This document shows, piece by piece, positions 38,697 through 47,879 of a stretch of 53,715 nt of DNA. The number at the start of each line of letters is the position of its first letter. The first letter of the stretch is position 1. This stretch comes from an uncultured Erysipelotrichaceae bacterium. Its GTDB lineage: Bacteria > Bacillota_I > Bacilli_A > RFN20 > CAG-826. The notes below the pieces were generated by a model that was not told where the DNA came from, did not search any database, and saw only the letters and a list, made by a program, of their open reading frames with translations. Both the position numbers and the translations under genes were made by a program. The stretch lies in NCBI GenBank assembly GCA_902768335.1, contig CACXKR010000003.1:1-53715 (forward strand), given 5' to 3'.

Positions 38697-39482
38697 TTGA
38701 GTGGATGTAGCAAAGAAATCAGCAAAGAAGATGCGAAGAAGCGTGCTCAAGAAATTGCTGATCACGAAGTTAAATTAGAAGACTTCAAAAAAGTCCATGT
38801 TGAAGCTGTCGAAGAGAAAAAAGTCGAAGGCGAAGCTAGTGACTTTCAAAACACCAAACAAGTTATGGAATATTCTACCAACGATAAATGGGTCCACAGC
38901 TATGAAGTTATTGAAAGTAAAGAAGGCGAACAAACCATTAAACGCGAAGAAGAAAGTTGGGCTTACCAAGAAGATGGTAATTACTACACTGTTGAACGCG
39001 TAAACAATAATGGCGAAGAAATGAAAGCCTATAACGTTTATCAAGAATCCGATGAGGGCTGGGTAGCGGAAAAAATTCTTTTCGATGCCGCATTTAGTTT
39101 AATCCAAACCGGAGCATTTGGCGGTTTAACTGGTAAAGAAGCTCTAAAAGAACTCATCAAGACGATTGATGGCGGTGCTTTTGATGGCCTTAACTTCGAT
39201 TTAAAATACTTCTCATCTGGTGAAGGCAACTTAACCGTCGAAGGTAAGAAAGTCGATACCAAATACGAACTCTTTGGTTATAAGGGTGAAGTTACTTCTA
39301 CAGTCAAAGCCGGCTGGGATAAATACGTCATGGCCGAAAATTCTGAAACTTCTGAAGGCACTCTTAAAAATGCCGATAACAAAGAAGTCAAATTTACAGG
39401 TTCTAGCAAAACAACCTACTCTTATGAAGTCAGCGTTACAAAACCAGATTTAAGTGGTTATCAACAAGGCGGCTTAAACTAA
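38697..39482 (+). CDS. Probable lipoprotein of unknown function; 5' end uncertain
   Basis: In-frame hydrophobic stretch QSLILLALPALLLSG-C from 38661, but an in-frame TAG at 38658-38660 and no ATG; acidic soluble domain. Confidence 0.6.
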   Translation: MSGCSKEISKEDAKKRAQEIADHEVKLEDFKKVHVEAVEEKKVEGEASDFQNTKQVMEYSTNDKWVHSYEVIESKEGEQTIKREEESWAYQEDGNYYTVERVNNNGEEMKAYNVYQESDEGWVAEKILFDAAFSLIQTGAFGGLTGKEALKELIKTIDGGAFDGLNFDLKYFSSGEGNLTVEGKKVDTKYELFGYKGEVTSTVKAGWDKYVMAENSETSEGTLKNADNKEVKFTGSSKTTYSYEVSVTKPDLSGYQQGGLN

Positions 39483-39500
39483 TCTTACTAAATCATTAAG

Positions 39501-39532
39501 AAGGCGATTCGAAAGGGTCGCCTTTTCATTTT
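39501..39532 (+). terminator. Intrinsic terminator
   Basis: AAGGCGATTC-gaaa-GGGTCGCCTT plus TTCATTTT. Confidence 0.75.
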
Positions 39533-39610
39533 AAGTCAATTAAGATTTGACTTTTATTTTCGCTAGGTTGTAGAATAACTGCACAAGATGTTTAGTAGGA
39601 TAACTAATCA

Positions 39611-39757
39611 ATGAGAAAGAAAGTTATTTTAATTTGCCCCGAATGCTTGTCTAGAAATTACTCGACAACAAAAAAAGAAGGTGCGACTGAACGTCTCGAA
39701 TTAATGAAGTATTGTCCTCATTGCAATAAGAAGACATTACACAAAGAAAGCAAATAG
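39611..39757 (+). CDS. rpmG: 50S ribosomal protein L33, Zn-binding (C+) type; absent from the ORF track
   Basis: [48 protein letters not shown]; CxxC...CxxC; upstream of secE. Confidence 0.95.
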   Translation: MRKKVILICPECLSRNYSTTKKEGATERLELMKYCPHCNKKTLHKESK

Positions 39758-39769
39758 GAGAGATTATTT

Positions 39770-40030
39770 ATGGGAGTTAAAAAATACACTCAAGAAGTAA
39801 TCAAAGAAGGTAAACGTGTCCGTTGGCCTAAGAAGGAAGAATTCTTCCCAGCTTTAATCACCGTTATTATCATTTGTGTTTTCGCTGCTTTAATCCTTTC
39901 ACTAGAAGACTTTGCAGCCGGCACAATCATCAACACGATTAAAGATTGGTTCAGTGGCATTAAACCATCCTCAGAAACATCCGGAAGCACCAGTGAAGCT
40001 GTTGCAGCCATCAAAATGTTTCTTAATTAA
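39770..40030 (+). CDS. secE: Preprotein translocase subunit SecE
   Basis: EVIKEGKRVRWPKKEE followed by a TM segment; between rpmG and nusG. Confidence 0.88.
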   Translation: MGVKKYTQEVIKEGKRVRWPKKEEFFPALITVIIICVFAALILSLEDFAAGTIINTIKDWFSGIKPSSETSGSTSEAVAAIKMFLN

Positions 40031-40046
40031 TTAAAGGAGAATAACA

Positions 40047-40598
40047 ATGGCAGAATTAGGTGATAAGCATTGGTATATCGTCACAACTTATTCTCAACAT
40101 GAAAATAAAGTTGCTGATAATTTACGTAAACGTATTGAAACTCTAGGACTTCAAGACTACATCTTTGATGTTTTGGTCGCTGAACAAGAAGTTCCAGTTT
40201 TAAAAGATGGGCTTCCAACCGGCAAGACCAAAATGAAAAATCTTTTCCCGGGAAACATCTTCGTAGAAATGATCATGACCGACAAAGTTTGGTATGACGT
40301 TCGTAACACTCCAGGCGTTACAGGTATTGCTGGATCAGCCGGTGGTGGTCAAAAACCAACTCCAGTTTCCAAGGAAGAAATCGAACCAGTTCTTAAAAGA
40401 ATGGGCAAAGTCGATAACTCCATGTATGAAAACTACAATGTTGGAGATGCGGTCCGTATCATTAAAGGAACTCTTGAAGGTACTCAAGGCAAGATTCTTT
40501 CCATCGATAAGACCACAGGTGCTTGCCGCGTTGAAACAGTCTTCTTCGGTAGAGCCACTCCAGTGGATGTAGACTTCTCTGATATCGAAAGAATTTAA
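40047..40598 (+). CDS. nusG: Transcription factor NusG
   Basis: WYIVTTYSQHENKV, LFPG.IFVEM, VRNTPGVTG, KOW motif VGDAVRIIKG, FGRATPV. Confidence 0.97.
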   Translation: MAELGDKHWYIVTTYSQHENKVADNLRKRIETLGLQDYIFDVLVAEQEVPVLKDGLPTGKTKMKNLFPGNIFVEMIMTDKVWYDVRNTPGVTGIAGSAGGGQKPTPVSKEEIEPVLKRMGKVDNSMYENYNVGDAVRIIKGTLEGTQGKILSIDKTTGACRVETVFFGRATPVDVDFSDIERI

Positions 40599-40610
40599 AA
40601 ATCATTTAAG

Positions 40611-40649
40611 AAGGGCGATGCGCTTAAAAAAGCAAAGCCCTTTTATTTT
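40611..40649 (+). terminator. Intrinsic terminator after nusG
   Basis: AAGGGC...GC-ttaaaaaa-GC...GCCCTT plus TTATTTT. Confidence 0.55.
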
Positions 40650-40811
40650 GCAAAAAAATGAATAATTTTAAGATTATTAATAATCTTAACACTATTTTAT
40701 GCATATTTACGAGGGCGCGTAAGTAAAAATTTCTTACATAAAAAGCATATTTGTTATATAGTGACCTTTCGGTATAAATACGCCGATAATCAAAATTAAG
40801 GATAGTAGATT

Positions 40812-43800
40812 ATGAAAAAGAGAATTGTCGGTGCGTTCTCGCTCCTAGGCATTGTTATCGGTGGATTAACTTTTGCTGTTCAATCACAAAATAAAGCCAA
40901 ATCAGTAGAAGCTTTATACACTCCATCAACACATTACGAGGTATCTGATACCGCGTCAGAATTAACCTCATATTATAGTAGCGTCGGTAGTGGTGATACA
41001 GGAGACACCCTTCTTACTAAATTAAGAAGTATTAATAGTTCAAAATATCACAAGAACTTTTCATATAAAAATTTTGGGACATCTTCATCAACGAGTCCAT
41101 ATGTTTATACAGACTATCCAATCGGAACCACAACAAAAGATAGTAATGGTCAAATTCGCGGTTCATCGATTGCCTCGTTTTACACTAAAACTACCTCTGA
41201 TAGTTTTAACAAGGAGCATGTCTGGCCAAATAGTAAGGGTGGAAATCAAGTTGAAAATGACATTTTAATGCCACGTCCAACGATTTCGAGCGAAAACTCT
41301 TCTCGAGGTAACTCCAACTTTGTTGAAGGAATGAATAGTTCTTCAGGTGGATGGGATCCGTATACGGCTGGCTACGATATAGAATGTCGTGGCGAATGCG
41401 CTCGTATCATGCTTTATTGTGTGGTTGCAAGCTCCCAATTATCACTTGTTGCGTCAAATAGTGGTAGCAGCACTTCTTGTGGAAATATGAACACTTTGAT
41501 TAAGTGGCATTTTGATTACGCTCCAAGCGATTATGAAATGAACCGTAATAATGGTGCTGAATATTTACAAGGAAATAGAAATCCATTTGTCGATCATCCG
41601 GAGTATGTAGCAAAGATTTGGTCGGATTTTAATTCGACTGTTAGTAGCTTATGCACTTCTAACCAATCCAAATATTCAAATTGGACACCAGGAAGTTACT
41701 GTGCTTACGGCACTAATACACCAGTTAATAATAATGGCATCTCAATCAGTGCATCAACCGCAAGCGTTACTGTTGGTAGTACCACAACCTTATCTGCAAC
41801 TTCCAGTGATAGTGGAACTATTACTTGGACCACATCAAATAGTTCGGTTGCAAGTTTAAGTTCATCTTCATCTGCTAGTGGTGCAAATATCACAATTACA
41901 GGCGTTTCTGCCGGTACTGCCACAATCACCGCCAAGCGTACGATAAATGGCACTCAATACTCCCAAACTTGTACTGTAACAGTTACTAAAGTAGTTAGTT
42001 CTCTATCCAAAGGTTCAACTTCTCCAACAAAAACAACTTATACTGCCGGAGAATCTTTTGATCCAACTGGTTTAACAATTACTGCCACATATAGTGATTC
42101 AACAACAGGTAACGTTACAAGTTCGGTTGTTTGGACACCTGATCCATTAACCGCTGGAACTACATCGGTAACAGGCACCTTTGGTGGAAAATCCATTACA
42201 ATTACTGGTTTAACCGTTAATGCCGCAACCGAACCAGAAATAATCGATAGTAATTCTGATTTAGCGGTTGGCGATTATGTTGTTTTAAAAACCGCAGCAG
42301 GAGTAGGCGTTACTGGTTGGAACAATAATAAAGACGCAACTGTTTCTGAAACTGAATCCGAGTGGAAGAAATTCTATGTAGCTTCTGCTTCGAGCAGTGG
42401 TTTCACCCTGAAAGACGAAAGTGCGAATGACTATATTGCAAGCCCAGGAAGCTCCAATCAATTCATATATGGCTCGGCTGCAACTTGTAGCACGGATAGT
42501 GATGGACATTTAATTTGTAACAACCGTTATTTATGCAAGAACGGAACAAATTATCGATTCTATACAAGCATAGGCAGTTACTTACCATTCTTTATTTATA
42601 AAGTTCCAGGATCATCTTCAACAAAGACTTTGTCTTCCATCTCGGTTAGTACCGCTCCAACGAAGACAACTTATACAGCTGGTGAATATTTCGACCCAAC
42701 AGGTCTTGTCATAACTAGAACATATTCAGATTCAACATCAGATACATATACATACGCAAATCATACGGGCGAATTCACATTCTCTCCAACAACCTCGACA
42801 GCTTTAACTACAAGCAACACAAGTGTCACAATCACCTATAGTGGTAAGTCTACTTCCCAAGCAATTACAGTTAATGCCGCGAAGACTTTGTCTTCAATCT
42901 CGGTCAGTACTGCTCCAACCAAAACAAGTTATTATGCTGGTCAAACATTTGATCCAACTGGTTTGGTGATTAGAAGAACCTATTTCGACTCAACATACGA
43001 TATTTATACATATGCTAACCACACAAGCGAATTTAGCTTTACTCCATCAACAAGTACTGCTTTAACCACAAGTAACACAAGTGTCACCATCGCATATGGT
43101 GGTAAAACATGCACTCAAAGTATCAGCGTCAGTGCAGTTACTTTAACTTCAATTGCTGTATCAACTGCTCCAACAAAGACAACCTATGTTGTTGATGAGA
43201 CATTTGATCCAACTGGACTTGTCATTACAAGAAATTATTCCAATAGCACAAGTGACACATACACTTATGCTGGTCACACATCTGAATTCTCGTTCAATCC
43301 TTCATTATCAACTGCCTTAACGGTTGCGAATATTTCGGTTACAATCACCTATGGTGGTAAGTCTTGCAGTCAAACAATTACAGTTTCAACATCTGGTGGT
43401 GGAAGCCAAACAGAAGATAATCCTGAAACGATAACAATGTCGGAACAAGGTTTTTCAAATACTCAAGAAGTTACGGAAATCGAAGGCGCAAATGCGACAG
43501 TAATGTTCGCAAAAAATGATGGTAACAACGCTCCAAAATATTATGATTCCGGCAGTGCTGTTAGAGTTTATCCGAAAAATACAATAACTGTTTCATCCTC
43601 TTTGACCATTGTTAAAATCACCATCACTTTCGGATCAGGCGATGGAAGTAATTCAATTACTTCATCACCAAGTGGATGGTCATCTCCTGATTGGACTGGT
43701 AGTTCCAACTCAGTTTCTTTCACCATTGGTGGCGCAAATGGTAATCGTCGTATTTCAGCAATTACTGTTTACTATGAAGAATCTGGCTCAACTGACCCAA

Positions 43801-44840
43801 TCACATCAATCACAGCCTCGGTTAGCAAAACATTCTATGTTGGTGAAACAATTTCTTCATCGGATATCACAGTTAAAGGCAATACCGGTGCAACCGTTGG
43901 CTCATTCACTTTTGCTAACGATGGTTATCAATTCACTTATAGTGATGCTGCAAGTGGTGGTGCTTCAACAAGCAAAACATTCGCCGATGCAATTTCTGTT
44001 GAAAGCTTGACTTGCTCGTTGACCGTTCAAGTTCAAAGAAAGGCTTATGTAACTCCTTCTGGCACATCAACTCTTGAACATACTGGTAGCGAATTTCAAA
44101 CCGCAGGAATTAGCGCAGGTAAATCATCAAGTTATTTTGAAGAGAATCAAACTGCAACAGTGGATGGAGTCACATTTACAGTTAATGGCTACGTTTTTAC
44201 AAACACCTCACCAGTTGCTTTGTCGTTTAGCGAATCTAAAACTAGTGCGACAGGTTCTCTCGTAAGCACGACTCCTTATCCAAGTGGAATTACCGATGTA
44301 ACAGTTTCTGGTGCATCTCCAGATATTCAATTATCAGTTGATGGCTCGACTTGGGTTGACTTAAGCAGTGCCACTCCAGAAACAGTGAATTATTACTATC
44401 TAAAAGTTTTCTATAAAAACACATCACAAAATAGTTACGTAAACATCACTTCGCTTACTGTAACGCTTAAAGCTGGAGAGACACCAGAAAATGTCGCCAA
44501 TTATGTGATGTACGAAGATACAAACAATCAATGCACAACAAAATTTGATACAGCTAAAGGTTATTTTGAAAACTTGTCTCCTTCTGGTAGAGCGGCATTT
44601 ATGACCTCAAATGACTATGTCATAGCAACAGGAAGAGAAAGACTTCAAGCCTGGGCTAAACATGAAGGCAAACAAATCGTTTCGCAAAACGGAGATTATG
44701 TAATTACAAGCGCTTCAAGAATCAGCGTGCTTAGCATGAACGAAAACAATTCCTTAATTGTTGTTGTTATTACTATTGCTTCTATCAGCTTTGCTGGTGT
44801 CTTAGGCTTATATATTCTAAAGAGACGTAAAGAACAATAA
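40812..44840 (+). CDS. Large surface protein: endonuclease I-like domain, Ig-like repeats, C-terminal membrane anchor
   Basis: Signal peptide; KEHVWP, RGNSNF, RNNG...QGNRNPFVDHPE nuclease motifs; Big_2-like SVTVGSTTTLSA; repeated PTKTTY.AGE.FDPTGL; TM plus KRRKEQ tail. Confidence 0.85.
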   Translation: MKKRIVGAFSLLGIVIGGLTFAVQSQNKAKSVEALYTPSTHYEVSDTASELTSYYSSVGSGDTGDTLLTKLRSINSSKYHKNFSYKNFGTSSSTSPYVYTDYPIGTTTKDSNGQIRGSSIASFYTKTTSDSFNKEHVWPNSKGGNQVENDILMPRPTISSENSSRGNSNFVEGMNSSSGGWDPYTAGYDIECRGECARIMLYCVVASSQLSLVASNSGSSTSCGNMNTLIKWHFDYAPSDYEMNRNNGAEYLQGNRNPFVDHPEYVAKIWSDFNSTVSSLCTSNQSKYSNWTPGSYCAYGTNTPVNNNGISISASTASVTVGSTTTLSATSSDSGTITWTTSNSSVASLSSSSSASGANITITGVSAGTATITAKRTINGTQYSQTCTVTVTKVVSSLSKGSTSPTKTTYTAGESFDPTGLTITATYSDSTTGNVTSSVVWTPDPLTAGTTSVTGTFGGKSITITGLTVNAATEPEIIDSNSDLAVGDYVVLKTAAGVGVTGWNNNKDATVSETESEWKKFYVASASSSGFTLKDESANDYIASPGSSNQFIYGSAATCSTDSDGHLICNNRYLCKNGTNYRFYTSIGSYLPFFIYKVPGSSSTKTLSSISVSTAPTKTTYTAGEYFDPTGLVITRTYSDSTSDTYTYANHTGEFTFSPTTSTALTTSNTSVTITYSGKSTSQAITVNAAKTLSSISVSTAPTKTSYYAGQTFDPTGLVIRRTYFDSTYDIYTYANHTSEFSFTPSTSTALTTSNTSVTIAYGGKTCTQSISVSAVTLTSIAVSTAPTKTTYVVDETFDPTGLVITRNYSNSTSDTYTYAGHTSEFSFNPSLSTALTVANISVTITYGGKSCSQTITVSTSGGGSQTEDNPETITMSEQGFSNTQEVTEIEGANATVMFAKNDGNNAPKYYDSGSAVRVYPKNTITVSSSLTIVKITITFGSGDGSNSITSSPSGWSSPDWTGSSNSVSFTIGGANGNRRISAITVYYEESGSTDPITSITASVSKTFYVGETISSSDITVKGNTGATVGSFTFANDGYQFTYSDAASGGASTSKTFADAISVESLTCSLTVQVQRKAYVTPSGTSTLEHTGSEFQTAGISAGKSSSYFEENQTATVDGVTFTVNGYVFTNTSPVALSFSESKTSATGSLVSTTPYPSGITDVTVSGASPDIQLSVDGSTWVDLSSATPETVNYYYLKVFYKNTSQNSYVNITSLTVTLKAGETPENVANYVMYEDTNNQCTTKFDTAKGYFENLSPSGRAAFMTSNDYVIATGRERLQAWAKHEGKQIVSQNGDYVITSASRISVLSMNENNSLIVVVITIASISFAGVLGLYILKRRKEQ
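42624..43390 (+). repeat. Three tandem intragenic ~85-86-codon Ig-like (Big_3-type) repeats
   Basis: Units start at 42624, 42882 and 43137 (258 and 255 bp spacing) with KTLSSISVSTAPTKT.Y..G..FDPTGLVI.R.Y; a fourth diverged unit starts near 42020. Confidence 0.85.
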
Positions 44841-44847
44841 AAATATG

Positions 44848-44875
44848 AAGTGGGTTTGCTGCCCACTTTTCTTTT
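44848..44875 (+). terminator. Intrinsic terminator
   Basis: AAGTGGG-tttgctg-CCCACTT plus TTCTTTT. Confidence 0.75.
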
Positions 44876-44925
44876 AAAAACTTTACATAAGTAAAACAAA
44901 GAAAGACAATATATACGAGTTTATT

Positions 44926-46857
44926 ATGAAGAAGACTTTGATTAAATTATTGATCCCTTTAACAACTTTGCTTGTTTCAAGCTGTCAATTAATGCCATCA
45001 AATAAAGGCGGTAGTCGCACTAATCCAACGACTGGGGAGGATTCAACTGGAGATTCTAGTGGTGATACTTCTATAGGTGGAACATCTGCTACAACTGGAC
45101 AAAGTGGTACTAGCTCTTCTTCTAATAAATCAAGCAGTGGAACTTCATCTACTTCGGCTGGTCCAACCGATATTTATCCAACCGCTATATCGATCCCTTC
45201 GTCTAAAACATTAGATGTTGGTGGATCGTTCACTTTAAGCGTTACCTATACCCCATCGAATACAACCGTTAGAAATGTGACTTGGTCAACTTCTAAATCT
45301 TCAGTCGCGACTGTTTCTAACGGAAAAGTCACTGCGGTTGGTGCAGGTTCTGCGGTGATAACCGCTAAAGCGAAGAACGCTTCTGGTCAAGATATAAGTT
45401 CAACTTGTAACGTTACAGTTAATGATTCAAGTTCAATTACTAAGACTCATCTTTCATATACTTATGATGATTACATGGCGAACAATTACTACACTTTGGA
45501 TAACTGTCCTTTAAGTGGTAGTCCCAAACTATTAATCATTCCTATTTGGTTCTCTGATTCAACAGATTTTATTTTAGAATCCAAAAAAGAAACTATTAGA
45601 AGCGATATTCAAAAAACTTACTTAGGCACCAACAGCGAAACTGGTTGGAGAAGCGTCAAAACTTTTTATGAAGAAGAAAGTCAAGGTACGATGACATTAA
45701 CTGGCGTTGTTACCGATTGGTATAACGTTGGCGTTTCTTATAAGACTTATGCGAATACTAGCAGTGGACAAAGTGCGACAACTTCTTTGGTTACAACTGC
45801 ATCAAACGCTTACTTCGGTAAATCTGGCAGCGATTCAAGAAGCAGTTTTGACACTAATAACGATGGTTATCTTGATGGAGTCATGCTCATCTATGCCGCT
45901 CCAGATTACCAATCTTTAGAAAATGAAAGTTATAGAAATCTTTGGGCGTATTGCTACTGGGTTCAACAATCCGGAAGCGTTTCTAATCCAAAACCTAACG
46001 TTTTCTTCTGGGCTAGTTACGATTTCATGTATTCTTCAAGCAAATCCTACACCCAAACTGGTAAAACCAGTTATGGTCATGGCGATACATCGCACTGTAA
46101 TGTAGACGCTCATACATTTATTCACGAAATGGGCCATGTATTAGGATTAGAAGATTATTATGATTATTCCGATGCTAACTACGAAGCAGCGGGTGGATTC
46201 TCAATGCAAGATTATAATGTCGGCGGACATGATCCATATTCAGTTATGGCATATGGTTGGGCCGATCCTTATATTCCTACAAAGACAATGTCGATAACAA
46301 TCAATCCGTTCCAATCTTCCCATGACATCATTCTTCTAGCAAATCACACCGTTAATTCTGTTTTTGATGAATATATGTTATTAGAACTATATACACCGAC
46401 GGGACTAAATCAATTTGATTCACAATATCAATATGGTGGCGCTTATCCTTTGGGTCCAAGCACACCTGGAATTAGATTGTGGCATATCGACGCTAGACTT
46501 GTGAGTTACACTACGTCCGATTGGTCAACCAATCCAAATGATGGTGGAGTTACGCATGCGATGACTAACACCTACAATAATGATAACGACAATGGCCATG
46601 TTTCACCTTTGGGTGAAGAATACTACGATTATAATATTCTTCAATTAATCAGAAATGACACCAGTGAAACGTATCATACATCCGCAGTTTTAAGTTCAAG
46701 TGATTTATTTAAGCAAGGTAATAGCTATTCTCAAGCAACATATTCCTCTCAATTTGTTGATGGCACTAAGATGAATAATGGTTCAGCTTTAGGCTGGTCA
46801 TTCTCGGTTACTTCTTTATCTTCTACTAGCGCGACTATTAAAGTCACCAAGTTATAA
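44926..46857 (+). CDS. Lipoprotein with Ig-like domain and M6 (immune inhibitor A-like) metalloprotease domain
   Basis: LLVSS-C lipobox; Ser/Thr linker; Big_2 (YTPSNTT.RNVTWSTS.SSVATV.NGKVTAV); HEMGHVLGLEDYYD zincin motif; FSMQD..VGGHDPYS. Confidence 0.85.
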   Translation: MKKTLIKLLIPLTTLLVSSCQLMPSNKGGSRTNPTTGEDSTGDSSGDTSIGGTSATTGQSGTSSSSNKSSSGTSSTSAGPTDIYPTAISIPSSKTLDVGGSFTLSVTYTPSNTTVRNVTWSTSKSSVATVSNGKVTAVGAGSAVITAKAKNASGQDISSTCNVTVNDSSSITKTHLSYTYDDYMANNYYTLDNCPLSGSPKLLIIPIWFSDSTDFILESKKETIRSDIQKTYLGTNSETGWRSVKTFYEEESQGTMTLTGVVTDWYNVGVSYKTYANTSSGQSATTSLVTTASNAYFGKSGSDSRSSFDTNNDGYLDGVMLIYAAPDYQSLENESYRNLWAYCYWVQQSGSVSNPKPNVFFWASYDFMYSSSKSYTQTGKTSYGHGDTSHCNVDAHTFIHEMGHVLGLEDYYDYSDANYEAAGGFSMQDYNVGGHDPYSVMAYGWADPYIPTKTMSITINPFQSSHDIILLANHTVNSVFDEYMLLELYTPTGLNQFDSQYQYGGAYPLGPSTPGIRLWHIDARLVSYTTSDWSTNPNDGGVTHAMTNTYNNDNDNGHVSPLGEEYYDYNILQLIRNDTSETYHTSAVLSSSDLFKQGNSYSQATYSSQFVDGTKMNNGSALGWSFSVTSLSSTSATIKVTKL

Positions 46858-46870
46858 CAATTTACTGATT

Positions 46871-47836
46871 TTAAAATTCGTTCATTTCTTTGAATCTTTT
46901 TGTTAAATAATTAGGCAAGTCTTCTAATAATTTATATTTAGAAATTCCAATCGGATTATCAATGTTTTCTAATGATGTTTGAATTACAAATTTATCAGCA
47001 TTTTTACAAAGCAAAATCCCGATAGTATCGTTGTCAAATTCTGTTTTTTCAATCTTGTTAATTGCATTTATATAAAAGTTAAGTTGACCAATGTCTGCCG
47101 GCATTATTTCATCAAGCTTAACTTCAATAACGACATAAGCGTGAATTTTTGTGTGATACATTAATAGATCAATATAAAAGCTTTTATTTGTGGGCGTTAT
47201 CAATCGATATTCTTTCCCAACCAAAGCAAAACCGGGTCCTAGTTCTTGAAGGAACAATATTATATTATCGAGCAATCGCGTTTTAAGATCTTTTTCGCTA
47301 TTAACTTCTTTTCGGCTTATAAAATTAAACACCATGGTATCTTTTACAATCTCACTAGTAAGATTTTCGTCGGTGACTATAGGGGTAATCAAATTTCGTT
47401 GATACGCTTGTAGTTCGAATTGTTTTACAATCATCGAACGAGACCATCGATTTTTGAATGTTTGATTAATATACCAAATCATTTCTTCTTTAGAAGAAGA
47501 TTTACTTATTATACTTATCAAAGATCCCCAAGGAATTTGGGTAACAGGTTGTTCTCTAATTTCATTTTCTGAAAAAACAGTGGCAAATAATGACATTTTC
47601 TTTAGATGTCCAATCGAATAGCCTTTTCCATATTGTTGTAGGTCCTTTGATAACCTCTCAATGTATTTATTACCCCAACTCTTTCTTAGGTTAATAATCA
47701 TTCCGATTTGATAATATGAAGAAATCATGGCGCTATTAGCGACAAACATTGCTTTAGCACGATTCTCAAATATCGATCTTTTTATCCTATCCAAATCTTC
47801 AAAATACAACTTTTCCAATTCTTGATTCATATTCAT
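46871..47836 (-). CDS. YhcG/DUF1016-family PD-(D/E)xK nuclease domain protein
   Basis: ANSAMISSYYQIG, WGNKYIERLSKDL, IPWG, LQELGPGFALVGKEY, FYIDLLMYH, VIEVK, GQLNFY, IGILLC. Confidence 0.9.
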   Translation of the reverse strand: MNMNQELEKLYFEDLDRIKRSIFENRAKAMFVANSAMISSYYQIGMIINLRKSWGNKYIERLSKDLQQYGKGYSIGHLKKMSLFATVFSENEIREQPVTQIPWGSLISIISKSSSKEEMIWYINQTFKNRWSRSMIVKQFELQAYQRNLITPIVTDENLTSEIVKDTMVFNFISRKEVNSEKDLKTRLLDNIILFLQELGPGFALVGKEYRLITPTNKSFYIDLLMYHTKIHAYVVIEVKLDEIMPADIGQLNFYINAINKIEKTEFDNDTIGILLCKNADKFVIQTSLENIDNPIGISKYKLLEDLPNYLTKRFKEMNEF

Positions 47837-47879
47837 TTCTCCTTTCGATTAAAGAATTGGATGTTTTCGCAAAGGATAA

